A stretch of 64,000 bases of DNA, from assembly GCA_964636815.1 (NCBI GenBank), contig CAZWTF010000006.1, positions 8,461 to 72,460 of the forward strand. The letters run 5' to 3'. This document shows positions 63,366 through 64,000 of this stretch, piece by piece (the stretch's first letter is position 1; each line of letters starts with the position of its first letter). The notes below the pieces were generated by a model. The model saw nothing but the letters and a program-made list of their open reading frames with translations. It ran no database searches and was not told the DNA's origin. This DNA is from an uncultured Pseudomonadota bacterium. GTDB taxonomy: Bacteria; Babelota; Babeliae; Babelales; Vermiphilaceae. The translations under genes were made by a program, and so were the position numbers.

Positions 63366-63980
63366 TTGTTTTTTTATTTTAAGACAATATTCTGCATGAG
63401 TAATAGGGGCGGTGGGATCAGTTACTATCGCTCCTGTTTTTAGATCAAGAGATATTAATCCTGTATGCTTAAAGCCATGTTTTTGGTAAAAAGCATGAGC
63501 GATATTGTTGTTCTCAGCAAGTGTGCGTAGAGTGCAATTGGTGATGCCTTCGAATGTATTAATTGCTGCAAATAAAAGCTCAGTTCCAATTTTATTTCTA
63601 CGAAATAATTCATTAACGCCTAAAAAATAAATATGCACGTTATGTTGGTTTTTTTGATTGAATCGACAATAACCAATTATATTGCTGGATGTTGGCGTTG
63701 TTTCTTGAGCTATTATAAGGCCATATTTCTCTTGATTGAGTTGTTTTGTGATAAATTCCCTGTTCGCATTTTGTTGAAAAGTTATTTTTTCGCTAACAAA
63801 ATTTTCAAGGTTTTGTTCTGGAGAGAGAAGGTGTGAAAAAATTGGTTTGAAGTGTTTGTGGTATGATTCATATGTAATATTATTAATATCATCAAGATCA
63901 TCGAGTGTTGCGGCTCTAATGATGATGGTTGGTATTTGGCAACATTGTATACAAAGGATTGTCCAAAAGGTTACAACCAT
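63354..63980 (-). CDS. GNAT-family N-acetyltransferase
   Basis: IRAATLDDLDDI start of the fold, YFLGVNELFRRNKIGTELL (beta4-alpha3 CoA-binding region), and NIAHAFYQKHGFKHTG. Confidence 0.6.
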   Translation of the reverse strand: MVVTFWTILCIQCCQIPTIIIRAATLDDLDDINNITYESYHKHFKPIFSHLLSPEQNLENFVSEKITFQQNANREFITKQLNQEKYGLIIAQETTPTSSNIIGYCRFNQKNQHNVHIYFLGVNELFRRNKIGTELLFAAINTFEGITNCTLRTLAENNNIAHAFYQKHGFKHTGLISLDLKTGAIVTDPTAPITHAEYCLKIKKQKER

Positions 63981-64000
63981 TATAATTTTTTTTACATTCA

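Noticed and set aside
1-64000. CRISPR arrays, rRNA operons, IS transposases, integrases of prophage type, restriction-modification or classic toxin-antitoxin pairs
   Set aside because: No regularly spaced direct repeats were seen. No transposase, Cas or phage structural motifs appear in any supplied ORF. The only recombinase is a housekeeping Xer-type enzyme. The dispersed repeats are isolated palindromes, not arrays.

Overview
AT-rich, densely coding bacterial chromosomal segment: about 60 supportable CDS, 3 tRNAs, one SRP RNA. I saw no rRNA, CRISPR array, transposase or prophage. Housekeeping genes (rpsB, dnaX, der, hpf, cca, argS, tsf, frr, tig, trxB, rpmH-rnpA-yidD, thrS, nth, a Xer recombinase, PBP2, rpsT, rpmB, ftsH, tolQ-tolR-tolA-tolB, mnmA, pgsA, ssb, grpE, lepA) alternate with accessory genes. 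Many accessory genes carry signal peptides, and several have eukaryote-like domains: an NTT-type ATP/ADP translocase, three ankyrin-repeat proteins (two in a tandem duplication), a secreted protein with three canonical C2H2 zinc fingers, F-box-like proteins, a PP2C phosphatase and an RGG/Gly-Arg low-complexity protein. By inference only, this fits an obligately host-associated or intracellular bacterium (Dependentiae/TM6-, Chlamydiae- or Legionellales-like lifestyle). The most unusual signals are listed here. (1) Two families of short palindromic dispersed repeats, one copy inserted in-frame inside mnmA, one nested composite copy between rpmB and ftsH, and one 150-bp palindrome. (2) A membrane-anchored sigma54-activator-like protein whose Walker A, Walker B and GAFTGA motifs are all degenerate. 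(3) A GC-rich RGG-repeat gene next to a Cys-rich mini-protein gene. (4) An E. coli-like -1 frameshift configuration in dnaX. (5) Several lineage-specific paralog families of secreted proteins. All function calls rest on motifs read from the supplied translations and on recollection of protein families. No database search was run.
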